DNA from: a virus
Taxonomy: Duplodnaviria; Caudoviricetes
IMG/VR virus record: IMGVR_UViG_3300010366_000030
Coordinates: 1 to 35,276 of that record
Length of the DNA: 35,276 nucleotides
Direction: 5' to 3' (one strand)
The position numbers were made by a program, and so were the translations under genes. This document shows positions 7,658-17,436 of this stretch, in pieces. How positions within the stretch are numbered: position 1 is the stretch's first letter; each line of letters starts with the position of its first letter. The notes beneath the pieces were generated by a model. It had not been told where the DNA came from. It saw nothing but the letters and a program-made list of their open reading frames with translations, and did no database searches.

Positions 7658-8044
7658 ATGGCATCTGGTAACTTCGTGTTGGACAAGGGCTATCGTGCTG
7701 CGACTGCCCTCACCAAATTCAGGGCTGTGAAGTTTTCCGCAGCCGAGACTGTTACACCTGTCACGGCCATCACGGATGTCGTGGCTGGCGTGGCTCAGTT
7801 CGGTGTCACTGCTGGTGAGCTTGCCAAGGGCAAGGGTTCTCTCACCCGTGTGATGGGCCAGACGGAACTGGAAGCCGCAGGTGCAATTCCTGTTGGTTCC
7901 ATCGTCACTATCAACGCAAGTGGTCAGGGCAAGGTTGCCGCCACTGGCGAACGCATCATCGGTGTCTGCGTCGGACACGCATCTACCAACGCTGGTGATC
8001 GCATCACGTGTCGTCTGACTACCGCTGGACATCTGGCCCCATAA
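7658..8044 (+). CDS. Capsid decoration/cement protein (DUF2190-like)
   Basis: Small Ala/Gly/Val-rich beta protein before the capsid gene; AAGAIPVGSIVT motif; RBS AAAGGAGG. Confidence 0.75.
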   Translation: MASGNFVLDKGYRAATALTKFRAVKFSAAETVTPVTAITDVVAGVAQFGVTAGELAKGKGSLTRVMGQTELEAAGAIPVGSIVTINASGQGKVAATGERIIGVCVGHASTNAGDRITCRLTTAGHLAP

Positions 8045-8069
8045 CATAGAGAAGGAGGTGAGCAACTAA

Positions 8070-9077
8070 ATGTACGATCCCGGCACTCTCTACTCTGATC
8101 CTATTTTGACCAACTTCTCCGTTGGTTACAAGGATCAGGCGTTGTATGCAGATCGGATCTTCCCCACAACTCCGGTCAATACACAGTCGGGCAGATACCG
8201 TGTGTTCGATCGGTCGAACTGGCTGATCTTCGAGAGCGCACGTGAGCCTGGTGCTGTCGCGAACGAGATCCTCGGTGCCAAGTGGAGTGAGGACACGTTC
8301 TTCACACGTGAACGTTCTCTGCAAGTCCCGATCTACGACGAAGAGCGTCAGCAACTCAACTCGCAGGGCGGTCTTGCAAACGCCACGTTCGGCGGCGCAT
8401 TGCAGATCAACCCGGAAGTGGATGCCACGGCGTTCGCCACACGTTCCATCTTGCTGGATCAGGAACTCAAGGTCAGCACGTTGGTACGTGACCCAGCACA
8501 GTACGCAGCCAGCAACAAGACTGCGCTGACTGGCGCACAACAGTGGAGTGACTACACAGGTGGCACGGCTTCCACGTCCAACCCCATCAACGACATCATG
8601 GTGGGTATGCGTGCTATCTACGCAGGTACGGGTCGCTACCCCAATACGCTCGTCATTCCCGCGTTGGGCATGTCCTACATCGTGAACCATCCGCGTGTGG
8701 TGGATCGCTTCAAGAACTTCTCCCTCACGGTGGACAATGCGTTCCAGCAGTTGACGGGCTTCGAGGGCCAGATCCTTCTGGTGGATTCGCTGTACAACAC
8801 GGCCAACAACATCGACGCCACCGTTTCCATCGCTTCCTTCTGGGGCAAGGACGTGTGGCTGGGTATTGTCGATGCTGGGCTGGGACTCAATCAGTTCACG
8901 TTCGGCAAGACCTTCGCACAGACGTATCCCGATGGTTCCACGCGGCCTGTGGATCGTTGGCGTGAGGAGCCTCGCAAGGCTGACATCGTTCGTGTGTCGT
9001 TCAAGTACGACCTCAAGATCGTGTCTGCTTTGGCTGGCTATCTCATCCAGACCGCGTTCGCACCCACGGCGTTCTAA
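8070..9077 (+). CDS. Major capsid protein
   Basis: DPILTNFSVGY and ADRIFP N-terminus, 335 aa, AGYLI C-terminus, strong RBS, synteny. Confidence 0.9.
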   Translation: MYDPGTLYSDPILTNFSVGYKDQALYADRIFPTTPVNTQSGRYRVFDRSNWLIFESAREPGAVANEILGAKWSEDTFFTRERSLQVPIYDEERQQLNSQGGLANATFGGALQINPEVDATAFATRSILLDQELKVSTLVRDPAQYAASNKTALTGAQQWSDYTGGTASTSNPINDIMVGMRAIYAGTGRYPNTLVIPALGMSYIVNHPRVVDRFKNFSLTVDNAFQQLTGFEGQILLVDSLYNTANNIDATVSIASFWGKDVWLGIVDAGLGLNQFTFGKTFAQTYPDGSTRPVDRWREEPRKADIVRVSFKYDLKIVSALAGYLIQTAFAPTAF

Positions 9078-9101
9078 TCCAAAGAGGGAGGTGATATTTA
9101 A

Positions 9102-9479
9102 ATGGCTGGTAAGTTCTATGCGTGGACGAACTTCGACATCGAGCGGAATGAATGGGGTCAGACAACCAACGTGATCCACGTTGGTGACACCATCACTCAG
9201 GCTCAGCTAGATGTCAGTGATGAGCAGTGGGAAGAGCTGATTGCCACGGGTGCTGTACGTGAAGAAGAGTACCCAGAGGTACCCGATGGTGTCTCGCCTG
9301 CTGAGTTCGAGCGCAATCAGGCTTCTGTGGAAGCTGCCGTTCAGGAACTACAGATGAACGCAGCAACAGCAGGTAAGACGATGGAGGAAATCGCTGCTGC
9401 TGACGCAGAGGCCGCAGAAAGCGCACCTGCACCGGCTGCGTCTACATCTACGAAGGCCACAGCGGCCAAGACCGAGTAA
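9102..9479 (+). CDS. Hypothetical head-associated protein
   Basis: Strong RBS GGGAGGTG; LIATGAV motif and Ala-rich tail; lies directly after the capsid gene. Confidence 0.7.
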   Translation: MAGKFYAWTNFDIERNEWGQTTNVIHVGDTITQAQLDVSDEQWEELIATGAVREEEYPEVPDGVSPAEFERNQASVEAAVQELQMNAATAGKTMEEIAAADAEAAESAPAPAASTSTKATAAKTE

Positions 9480-9501
9480 GCTAGGAGATGGGAGGATAAC
9501 G

Positions 9502-10017
9502 GTGGATGTGTTTGAGTTCACATGTGTTGAACTGGCTGGTGGAGGCATCTACGACGCACCCAACAACAGTTCGTATGTGAACTCGGGGATAAGTCTCCAA
9601 GAGGGTGATGTCTTGCTTTGGGCAGGATTTCAAATTTTGGAGGCATTCCCATCCTACATCAGCCAGATCAATCTTCTTTCTTACAGAGAAGCCGCACCAC
9701 CGCCGGGTAGTCCTTTTAGTCAGCTGTACAACGTACAAAACGTAGTTCCTGACTTTACCTTTTCTGACGGGATGGTGATGTCAGATGGCAGCACAGGATT
9801 GCAGTATTTCGCATACGCTGGAGCTGTCGCAGTTGGTGCGGGACCTGAGAACTACTGGCTGAATTGGACTGGCGTTCCACCTAACCAAACTGATCCTGGT
9901 AGAGGAATTCTGAGGATCGTGAAAGCAACTGTGACTCCACAAGTTGCACAAGTAGTGGAACTGAGACATCCAGGCTACGTCCAGTTGGAACCGAGTAGAG
10001 GAAGGACAATCATCTGA
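9502..10017 (+). CDS. Hypothetical virion protein
   Basis: GGAGG RBS before GTG; stop overlaps the next start (TGATG). Confidence 0.6.
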   Translation: MDVFEFTCVELAGGGIYDAPNNSSYVNSGISLQEGDVLLWAGFQILEAFPSYISQINLLSYREAAPPPGSPFSQLYNVQNVVPDFTFSDGMVMSDGSTGLQYFAYAGAVAVGAGPENYWLNWTGVPPNQTDPGRGILRIVKATVTPQVAQVVELRHPGYVQLEPSRGRTII

Positions 10018-10751
10018 TGTCCGTCGTGTCTTTCAAGGGATTTGAACTAGAGCCACGGTTCGATGGTAAACAGTGGACATCACTGAGAATCTTCGAGTCT
10101 AACTCTAAAGACGGCCCCTGGAGTCTGATCGACACGATCCAGATTACTCATGCAACAGATCCGTCCGATCCAGAGCCTCTCGACTTCTCAACTGAAAATG
10201 CAACACTTGCTCCTGGTGCAGCCTGGTATTACATCGAAATCTCTGACGCAGATGGAGACAGGAGCGGTTACGAGCCTCGATTTAATCCCAACGTGGATGA
10301 CGTGGAAATCCTCGCATCCACTGACGACGTGAATGGGAATCTCGATGGTGAGGTGATCGAGGCCACACCTGACAATACCGCACTTATTCAGCTAAGTGTG
10401 GCTCGCGTGGTACGTGGGTATCTTGCAGCACTGGTAGATGCCGCCACGCTGATGGCGTGGGATAGTCCAGAAGCCACGCCTGACATCATCCGCGAGATTG
10501 CAGCCAAGCTGATCGCGGCGCAGTTGTACTTCGTGATGGCTGCACGTCAGTCATTCATGATTGACGATCACAACTACGGACAACGCCTCTACGACGAAGC
10601 CATGAAGATGTTGCAGGGCATCATCGACGGCACCATCCCTCTGCCACCTGACATTGTTCCTCCTGGTGAGGGCACGATGAACATGAGTGGGCTGGACTTC
10701 TTTCCTGTAGACGCCACAGATCGTGCCTTCTCTATGGGGATGCTGATCTAA
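10017..10751 (+). CDS. Head-tail adaptor (Mu gp36-like) with N-terminal beta-sandwich domain
   Basis: C-half has TPDIIREIAAKLIAA and YDEAMKMLQGIIDGTIPL. N-half is Fn3/Ig-like (RIFES..DGPW, WYYI). Confidence 0.7.
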   Translation: MSVVSFKGFELEPRFDGKQWTSLRIFESNSKDGPWSLIDTIQITHATDPSDPEPLDFSTENATLAPGAAWYYIEISDADGDRSGYEPRFNPNVDDVEILASTDDVNGNLDGEVIEATPDNTALIQLSVARVVRGYLAALVDAATLMAWDSPEATPDIIREIAAKLIAAQLYFVMAARQSFMIDDHNYGQRLYDEAMKMLQGIIDGTIPLPPDIVPPGEGTMNMSGLDFFPVDATDRAFSMGMLI

Positions 10752-10768
10752 TCTCGTGGCTAAACATC

Positions 10769-11296
10769 ATGGCTAACCCAAGGTTCTACGTGAGGGACTA
10801 CGGTACCCCGCGTGTCGTGGGCAATCGTCTTATCGGTAATGGCAAGCAGACACAGACTACCGATAGGGTGATGGGCTACCTCGTAACTGATCTGATGAGG
10901 GAAACCAAGAAGCAGTTCAGCACAAAGGGTTCGAGGTCAGGTGATCCGTGGGATGAAAACACCAAGATCACCAAGCTCAAGAAGGGTCATGGGAAGATCC
11001 TCAGAACCATTCCCATGAATCCCAGCTACGAGAGGCCATCAATCGACCAGGATGCTCTGTTCCGCAGCGTCACAGAACGTGGAGCGCGATACCAGTTCGT
11101 GAAGATCACCAGAACTGGTTTCCAGTTCGGTACCAGTCGTCCGATGGCTGGCGTGAACCAACGTGGTGGAGGACGTGTCCCTCCTCGTCCGTTCTTGGTT
11201 GTTACTGCCGAGGATGAGGATAGATGGAAGGGAATCCTCGCAAGACATCTGACCGCAAAGACACGCACAAGCAACAAGATCGGTGACACGAAATAG
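10769..11296 (+). CDS. Virion morphogenesis / tail completion protein (Mu gpG / P2 gpS-like)
   Basis: FGTSRPMAGVNQRGGGRVPPRPFL motif. Confidence 0.8.
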   Translation: MANPRFYVRDYGTPRVVGNRLIGNGKQTQTTDRVMGYLVTDLMRETKKQFSTKGSRSGDPWDENTKITKLKKGHGKILRTIPMNPSYERPSIDQDALFRSVTERGARYQFVKITRTGFQFGTSRPMAGVNQRGGGRVPPRPFLVVTAEDEDRWKGILARHLTAKTRTSNKIGDTK

Positions 11297-11337
11297 CTAC
11301 TGTCGAATTCAACACCTTCACGGCTCTCTTCGGGCCA

Positions 11338-11940
11338 ATGTTGTCTGCTTCACAGATCGAAGAAGCTGTGGAGCGCAGCCTGCGTTACTGGTTCCCCACG
11401 TATCTCGCAGAGATGCAGCGTGTGTTGGGTCTACGTGTAGGCGTGTTTCCAACTCCGCAGAACTACACAAGTCGCAACAGCTTCGATGCTGTCGCTGGGG
11501 AACTAACACCGAAGATCGTGGTGATTAGTACGGGCATCGACGGTGAGCCGCTCAAAAATGCCAGTTCTTACCGTGCAATGTGGCGTGTGGGAATTGGCGT
11601 CGCTGTTGGTGCCAAAACAGAAGAAGTCTGCAACATGCATCTCAAGGCATACGCCACTGCCATTCGTGGCATCATGGTTCACAAACCACAAACCCTCGCA
11701 GACAACGGACTGCATGGTGTGAACGAGGTGCTTTGGGTGGGTGAATCATACGACGACATCGACATTCCAGATCAACACAGGTTGTACAAAGGTGGAAGCC
11801 TGTGGTTCAACATCGACGTGAACGCTGTGATCGCACGTCGTGGTGGGCCTCCCGTGCCAGACCTTGCTCCTGGTGATCTTGGTGAAGTTGCAACTGTTGA
11901 TGTCGATGTCATTAACGTGGGTTGGCAAGAGGAGGTGTAA
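11338..11940 (+). CDS. Putative tail terminator
   Basis: Synteny before the sheath, about 200 aa. The start may lie upstream at ATA 11293. Confidence 0.6.
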   Translation: MLSASQIEEAVERSLRYWFPTYLAEMQRVLGLRVGVFPTPQNYTSRNSFDAVAGELTPKIVVISTGIDGEPLKNASSYRAMWRVGIGVAVGAKTEEVCNMHLKAYATAIRGIMVHKPQTLADNGLHGVNEVLWVGESYDDIDIPDQHRLYKGGSLWFNIDVNAVIARRGGPPVPDLAPGDLGEVATVDVDVINVGWQEEV

Positions 11941-11941
11941 T

Positions 11942-12238
11942 ATGCCAACAACTCCAAAGGCAACACCCAAGTCAACCGCAAACTACAGGTTTGTCGGGGA
12001 TCACGCAACAGAGATCGAAATCGGTGACACTCGTCCCTGGCTAGAGCCTGGAGAGTTCGTGGATCTGTCTGGTGCAAACATGAACGATCCGAAGATCCAA
12101 GAGATGATCGAGACAGGTGTTCTTGTGGACACATCTCTGATCGTGCCAGATCCATTGACCGTCGAAGAGCAAGCAGCGCAAGCGGCAGAAACCACAGAAG
12201 CCGCACCAACTACGAATAGTGTGGAGGGAGGGAGCTAA
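11942..12238 (+). CDS. Hypothetical protein preceding the sheath
   Basis: RBS GGAGGT before ATG 11942; the stop abuts the sheath start. Confidence 0.7.
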   Translation: MPTTPKATPKSTANYRFVGDHATEIEIGDTRPWLEPGEFVDLSGANMNDPKIQEMIETGVLVDTSLIVPDPLTVEEQAAQAAETTEAAPTTNSVEGGS

Positions 12239-13675
12239 ATGCCTGGTAGACCTGGCGTATCAGTACAACTGCTAGATACACCGAGTGCCGGTGGTGTGTC
12301 TGTGGATACGGGTACGTGGTTCGCATCTGGCACAACTGATCGTGGGCCTGCAAACGTGGCGACTCCGGTTCAGTCGCTGGATCAGTTCGTTGCCGTCTTC
12401 GGCACACGTCAGGCGTACAGCTTGCTGTACGATGCTGTCGAAACGTTCTTCCGTGAGGGCGGTGGACTCGCATACATCGCACGTGTCGTTGGCCCAGCAG
12501 CCACAGTGGGTACCAAGCAGCTACTCGATGTCGGTGCTGCTGTGAGTCTCACAGTCAACGCAAACGGGCCTGGTGCGTGGTCTTCGTCGTACAAGGTGGG
12601 CGTCATTGCTGGTGGCGCATCTGGCTCGTACCAGATCCAAGTCACTGACAACGCAGGAGTCACACTCGAACAGTCCGGTGACTTGCTTACGCAGGGAGCC
12701 GCTGTTTCGTGGAGTCAGTACAGCCAGTACGTTCGCATTGTGTTGGGCGCAAGCGCACTCAACCCCGCTCCTGTCGCGGCTGCTGCACTCAGCGCAGGTG
12801 CCGATGATCGCACCAATATCACTGAGACACAGTGGACGAATGCACTCGCCCTGTTCACGTCAAATCTCGGGCCTGGTCAAGTGTCTCAGCCCGGACGCAC
12901 AACTTCCGTGGCTTACGGACAAATCAAGGCTCACGTGGAAGCCAACGGTCGGGTGGGCCTCCTCGATCTTCCCGATTCAGCCACACCTGCCACGGTCAAG
13001 TCGGCAGCACTTGGCGTGACGAGTCGCTTCTGCGCGGCTTTCGCGCCTTGGTGTGTGGTTGCCGGTGTCACGGCGGGTACCGTGCGTACCGTGCCTCCGT
13101 CGGGTTTCATCGCTGGCCTCATCGCCAAGAACGATCCCGCAATCGGCACGAACACACCTTCCGCTGGTAACGCAGGTGTCGCACAGTTCGTGACTGACAT
13201 CTCTCAGCCGGATTGGGACGACATCACACGCACAGACCTGAACAACAACTACTGCAATGTCATCCGTCGCATGTTCGGTGGCATCCGCAATTACGGTTGG
13301 CGTTCGTGTGTCGTGGCAAGCAACGATCCCAACTGGGTGAACTTCGGCAACTCTCGTCTGTACGTGGACATTCAGGCTGAGTTGAATGCTGCTGCTGAGG
13401 ACTTCGTGTTCCGTCAGATCGACGGACAGAACGGATACCTCATGAACAGCTTCAACAACGCACTGAGTGGCATCCTCATCAACCACTATCAGCGTGGTGA
13501 ACTGTTCGGCAGCAGTGCAAGTCAGGCGTTCGTCGTTGACACCGGCCCTGCTGTGAACACGCTGGCAACTCTTGCGAACAACGAGCTTCATGCTGTGTGT
13601 CGCATGAAGATGAGTCCGTTCGCAGAGTACGTGGTCATCCAGATCGTCAAGCGTCAAATCACACAGGTCCTTTAG
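12239..13675 (+). CDS. Contractile tail sheath protein
   Basis: RPGVSV, GTTDRGP, FFREGG..AYIARVVG, AAFAPW, VPPSGFIAG, YGWRS, PFAEYVVIQI. Confidence 0.95.
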   Translation: MPGRPGVSVQLLDTPSAGGVSVDTGTWFASGTTDRGPANVATPVQSLDQFVAVFGTRQAYSLLYDAVETFFREGGGLAYIARVVGPAATVGTKQLLDVGAAVSLTVNANGPGAWSSSYKVGVIAGGASGSYQIQVTDNAGVTLEQSGDLLTQGAAVSWSQYSQYVRIVLGASALNPAPVAAAALSAGADDRTNITETQWTNALALFTSNLGPGQVSQPGRTTSVAYGQIKAHVEANGRVGLLDLPDSATPATVKSAALGVTSRFCAAFAPWCVVAGVTAGTVRTVPPSGFIAGLIAKNDPAIGTNTPSAGNAGVAQFVTDISQPDWDDITRTDLNNNYCNVIRRMFGGIRNYGWRSCVVASNDPNWVNFGNSRLYVDIQAELNAAAEDFVFRQIDGQNGYLMNSFNNALSGILINHYQRGELFGSSASQAFVVDTGPAVNTLATLANNELHAVCRMKMSPFAEYVVIQIVKRQITQVL

Positions 13676-13697
13676 TAAAGGGAGGGAGGTGTAACAT

Positions 13698-14249
13698 ATG
13701 GCAACTCCGACCGCAGTACGTGGTAACTTGCCTGAGCAAGGCTCACGTCAGGACATGTTCTCGCTCGAACTGTGGGTAGCTGGTAACAGTCTGGGCGATT
13801 GGGACAAAAAGACAGGTGGAGAGGTTGACTCGGAGGAAGTCAAGTATTACCCAGGTGGCATCTACGAGCCTATCTCTCTTGGTGGTCGCATCAATCCTGG
13901 CAACATCACGCTCCAACGTCTGTTGGACAGGAACGATGACTGGGAGTCTGGTGGAGCAGATCCAGACAAGGGCACACCTGTAGGTGGTGGGCCTGGTCAG
14001 GGTACTGTGTCGAGACTTCTGGCTGCTGTGGGTAAGCACGAAGCCAAGGTCACGATGCGTCCGCTCGATCTGAACGGCGACTTCTACGGGCTGAGAAGGC
14101 TGGTGTGGACAGGAATCGTCAAGCGTGTGTTGATTCCTGACGTGGATTCAGAGTCCACATCTGCTGCACTGATCGAAGTCGAAATCAGTGTGTCTCGTAG
14201 ACCTGAGTTCCTCGACAACCTCGGAGGAAAGCCAGTTCAGGGACCGTAA
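13698..14249 (+). CDS. Tail tube protein
   Basis: Follows the sheath; WDKKTGGEVDSE..KYYPGG..LGG....NITLQR pattern of contractile-tail tubes. Confidence 0.85.
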   Translation: MATPTAVRGNLPEQGSRQDMFSLELWVAGNSLGDWDKKTGGEVDSEEVKYYPGGIYEPISLGGRINPGNITLQRLLDRNDDWESGGADPDKGTPVGGGPGQGTVSRLLAAVGKHEAKVTMRPLDLNGDFYGLRRLVWTGIVKRVLIPDVDSESTSAALIEVEISVSRRPEFLDNLGGKPVQGP

Positions 14250-14279
14250 TAAAAACAAGCCATGAGAAAGGAGAGAGTC

Positions 14280-14945
14280 ATGGCTGATGAAGAGGATGTG
14301 GATGTGGGCTATCCCGCACGAAGCGGGGTAGAGGTAGCAGATGAACCCACAGATGTGACCAGTGATAACGGTCATATGAGTGATGACGGCTTAGGCACTC
14401 CCCCTGTGCGGGAAGTTGATTCACCGGGGCCGTTTTCATCGCCGTCTGTGGTAGACATGTTTCAGCAGGAGCTTAATGAGATTTCTTCTGCTGAGTCGGT
14501 CTTCATTCCTGTCAAGGGTTACGAACAAACCGGACTACAGATCCGGTATCATATGCCTGAGTCAGGAAAGGTGCTGGGGGACATCAATACGAGAGTGAGT
14601 AAGCAGTACAAGGACACTTACTCTCGTAACCTTTATGTGGCGATCAGCACGATGATCCAGTTGTGCGATGGACTCTACGTGCAGCCTTCTATCGAAGGCG
14701 AGCCTGAGGTCGATGAGCCTGTCATGCTTGACCCAGACGAGATGGGTATGCCGGTTCAGTTCGATGAGAGGCTCGCTGAGATGATGGGCATGGAGGTTAC
14801 TCAGAATCTCACAGCCCGTCAGGTAGTGAGGCGTCTGTTCGGTAACAACGAAATGGCAATCCTGGCGCACGCAGAGAGACTGTCCAGATGGTTGCAGAAT
14901 ACCAAGGCCGACATCAATGCCGAAATGTGGCAAGTGGGGGAATGA
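14280..14945 (+). CDS. Tail assembly chaperone (G-like)
   Basis: Between tube and tape measure; RBS AAGGAG before ATG 14280; ends in GGG GAA TGA. Confidence 0.75.
   Translation: MADEEDVDVGYPARSGVEVADEPTDVTSDNGHMSDDGLGTPPVREVDSPGPFSSPSVVDMFQQELNEISSAESVFIPVKGYEQTGLQIRYHMPESGKVLGDINTRVSKQYKDTYSRNLYVAISTMIQLCDGLYVQPSIEGEPEVDEPVMLDPDEMGMPVQFDERLAEMMGMEVTQNLTARQVVRRLFGNNEMAILAHAERLSRWLQNTKADINAEMWQVGE
14936..14942 (+). other. Putative -1 programmed frameshift site GGGGGAA
   Basis: G GGG GAA lies directly before the stop, and the -1 frame is open to 15148. Confidence 0.65.
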
Positions 14946-15148
14946 ATACCCAACTGAGTGAGTCTCTGATGGTTGCGGCTCAGTTGGGTGCCTTGGGTCT
15001 TGATCCCATGAGATTCCTCTACACGCATGATGAGATGGAGAGGAATCTCATGTTGGAGGTCGGCAAGAAGGTGGCTGAATTGAAGGAAACCATGAATCAC
15101 AACCTGGCAGTGGACATCGCCAACTGCGTTGGGAAGTTGTTTAAGTAA
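14942..15148 (+). CDS. Tail assembly chaperone extension (T-like)
   Basis: -1 frame ORF LGALGLDPMRFL... ending 2 nt before the tape measure gene. Confidence 0.7.
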   Translation: MNTQLSESLMVAAQLGALGLDPMRFLYTHDEMERNLMLEVGKKVAELKETMNHNLAVDIANCVGKLFK

Positions 15149-15150
15149 CC

Positions 15151-17436
15151 ATGCCATTCAGTTCTCTATCAGGCGCGCAACAAATCCTCGTCAAGCTGTA
15201 CATGCAGGGCGGGCCACAGTACCGTGCCGAAATGGAGAAGGCTGGTCTTGCAACGAAGACGCTGAGTGCTGAGACACTGGCACTTGCTGCCGCACAGGAG
15301 AAGGCCACCAAGCGTACGTTCTTGTACAACCAGACCTTGTTCATGGCTAGACGTTTCCTGTTCTACACGACGTTGGGAACGATAGGTCTGGCGGCTGCTG
15401 TGTTCAGGTTGGGAATGAACTACTACAACACGTCACAGCAAGCTGAGGTAGCCTTCCGTGGCTTCATCAAGGGAACAGCCAACGTCAAGCGGGAGATGAA
15501 GGACTTGTTTGTCTTGGCTGCTGAGACACCGTTTGAGTTCCCTGACATCGTGTTGGCTACACGGCGTCTGTTGCCGTTCACAAGCGGTGTCAAAGAAACC
15601 AATCAGGTAGTCAGCAACCTTGTTGACTCCCTATCTGCGGCTGGCATCCTTACTGGTGCTGCCTTGCAAAAGGCCACACTTGCCATGTCTCACATGTACT
15701 CAATGGGGAGACTGACCGGACAAATCCTGTCTCAGCTTGCACGCGATAACGTCCCGATGCTTCTGGCATTGCAACATTACTTCCATGCCACGGGTGAGGA
15801 AATCAGGACGGCTGTGGCTGGTGGACTCATCGACGCACATACGGCGGCTGTCGCGCTGAACAAGTACATGCAGACACCTGGCTTCAAGGGTGCTGGACTC
15901 AGACAGGCCAACGAAACCCTGCTGGGTGCGTGGACAACCTTCAAGGATATCCTCTCCATCGCGGTTGGCACGAGCCAAGCTGGGATGTTTGAGGGTATCC
16001 GCAAATCACTGGCTGGCATCAATCAAGCTCTCCTGCCCATGATTCAGGGTAAGAAGCCTGTCACTATTGAGAATCTGGTCAAGGCCATCGACTCGAAGCT
16101 GTCACCCACATCTCACATCATCATCAATCTGTTCGAGTTCATGGATGGGGCGCTTAAGGGTCTAATCGGCACGCTGTACTTCTTCTACAAGGCTCTTACG
16201 ATCATCTTGTGGCCCCTCAACAAGATAGGCAACTTGTTTGGCACAGCACGATTGGGAGCTAAGTTGCTGGGCATCGCTGTGGGTATCCTGACTGGTCTGA
16301 TTCTCATCCAGAAGGGTGTGTTGGGAGCGTTTGCCATAGCTACCGAGATTGCTGCTGCGAAGCAGATACTCTTGGGTGACGCCATCGCGCTGACTACCGC
16401 GAAGACGAAAGAACAGTTGGCTCTTGAGGCCGCTGCTGGTAGTAGAGGACTCATCAAGCGACTGTTGTTTGGTAGACCGGGTGGCGTGGTATCCACAGTA
16501 CCCGTAGGACAGCTGAGCAAATCGCCCACACTAGATGCGGCTCTCAAGAGAAGGGCTGCCATTGGTAGTGCTGAGGAAGTTGGTGCTACTGGTGGACTTG
16601 TCGGGATGCTCGGAAGAGGCATCGGGAAACTGTTTGACACCAGGATGCTCAAGCAGTTTAAGACAGAACTGAAATACGTCTTCTACATGTTCAAAGAAGG
16701 TGGATGGAGGGCTGGTTTCAGAGCCTTGCTAGTTGGACTGAGATTGCTACCTGGAGCGTTCTTGGCGGCAGCAGCAGGAGTGTGGGAACTCACGGTTGCA
16801 TTGCTTGCTCTGCCAGTGACGTGGATCGTTCTAGGAGTCATCGCGCTGATTGGTGTGCTTGTCCTGCTGTATCGCAAGTGGGACTGGTTCCACTACTTGG
16901 TGAATGACTCTGCCGGTGTTATTAGGAAATACTGGCAGGTGTTCGTGCTCGCCATACCAGTGTTTGGCTGGGTCATCTTCATCCTTGTCCAGCTATACAA
17001 ACACTTCGACGCCATCAAGCGAATTATCATGGCAGTGATCGACGCCATCAAGATGTTGATCGGTTGGTGGAAGAAGATACCTGGCGTGGGACTTATCGGT
17101 CGTGGAATCAAGGGTACGTTCCATGCCATCGGTGGTGCTGCCCACTGGCTGACCACAGAAGATGTCAAGCAAAGGGCCGGTGGAGGTAGCATCTGGTCTA
17201 CATCACCTGTGATCGTTGGTGAGCATGGGCCTGAATTGGTGACTCTCCCTGGCGGCAGTTACGTCATGCCCGCACAGAGCAGCAGACAGGTAGAGGGACT
17301 AGGGAGCAAGGTATCCCACTTGTGGAATGGTAGGGAAGGGAACGACCGTCCAATTCTCGTACAAGTCATGCTAGATCGCAAGGTGCTAGCCGAAGGAGTA
17401 GCGAGGGCAAACCAGGACTATGCCAGCAGGCGCTAA
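15151..17436 (+). CDS. Tape measure protein
   Basis: AAETPFEF tape-measure domain, hydrophobic/Trp-repeat region, and RAGGG...VGEHGPELV C-terminal motif. Confidence 0.92.
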   Translation: MPFSSLSGAQQILVKLYMQGGPQYRAEMEKAGLATKTLSAETLALAAAQEKATKRTFLYNQTLFMARRFLFYTTLGTIGLAAAVFRLGMNYYNTSQQAEVAFRGFIKGTANVKREMKDLFVLAAETPFEFPDIVLATRRLLPFTSGVKETNQVVSNLVDSLSAAGILTGAALQKATLAMSHMYSMGRLTGQILSQLARDNVPMLLALQHYFHATGEEIRTAVAGGLIDAHTAAVALNKYMQTPGFKGAGLRQANETLLGAWTTFKDILSIAVGTSQAGMFEGIRKSLAGINQALLPMIQGKKPVTIENLVKAIDSKLSPTSHIIINLFEFMDGALKGLIGTLYFFYKALTIILWPLNKIGNLFGTARLGAKLLGIAVGILTGLILIQKGVLGAFAIATEIAAAKQILLGDAIALTTAKTKEQLALEAAAGSRGLIKRLLFGRPGGVVSTVPVGQLSKSPTLDAALKRRAAIGSAEEVGATGGLVGMLGRGIGKLFDTRMLKQFKTELKYVFYMFKEGGWRAGFRALLVGLRLLPGAFLAAAAGVWELTVALLALPVTWIVLGVIALIGVLVLLYRKWDWFHYLVNDSAGVIRKYWQVFVLAIPVFGWVIFILVQLYKHFDAIKRIIMAVIDAIKMLIGWWKKIPGVGLIGRGIKGTFHAIGGAAHWLTTEDVKQRAGGGSIWSTSPVIVGEHGPELVTLPGGSYVMPAQSSRQVEGLGSKVSHLWNGREGNDRPILVQVMLDRKVLAEGVARANQDYASRR

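Noticed and set aside
6815-9179. Long antisense ORFs (416 and 386 aa)
   Set aside because: Mirror frames of strongly codon-biased head genes, with no recognisable motifs.
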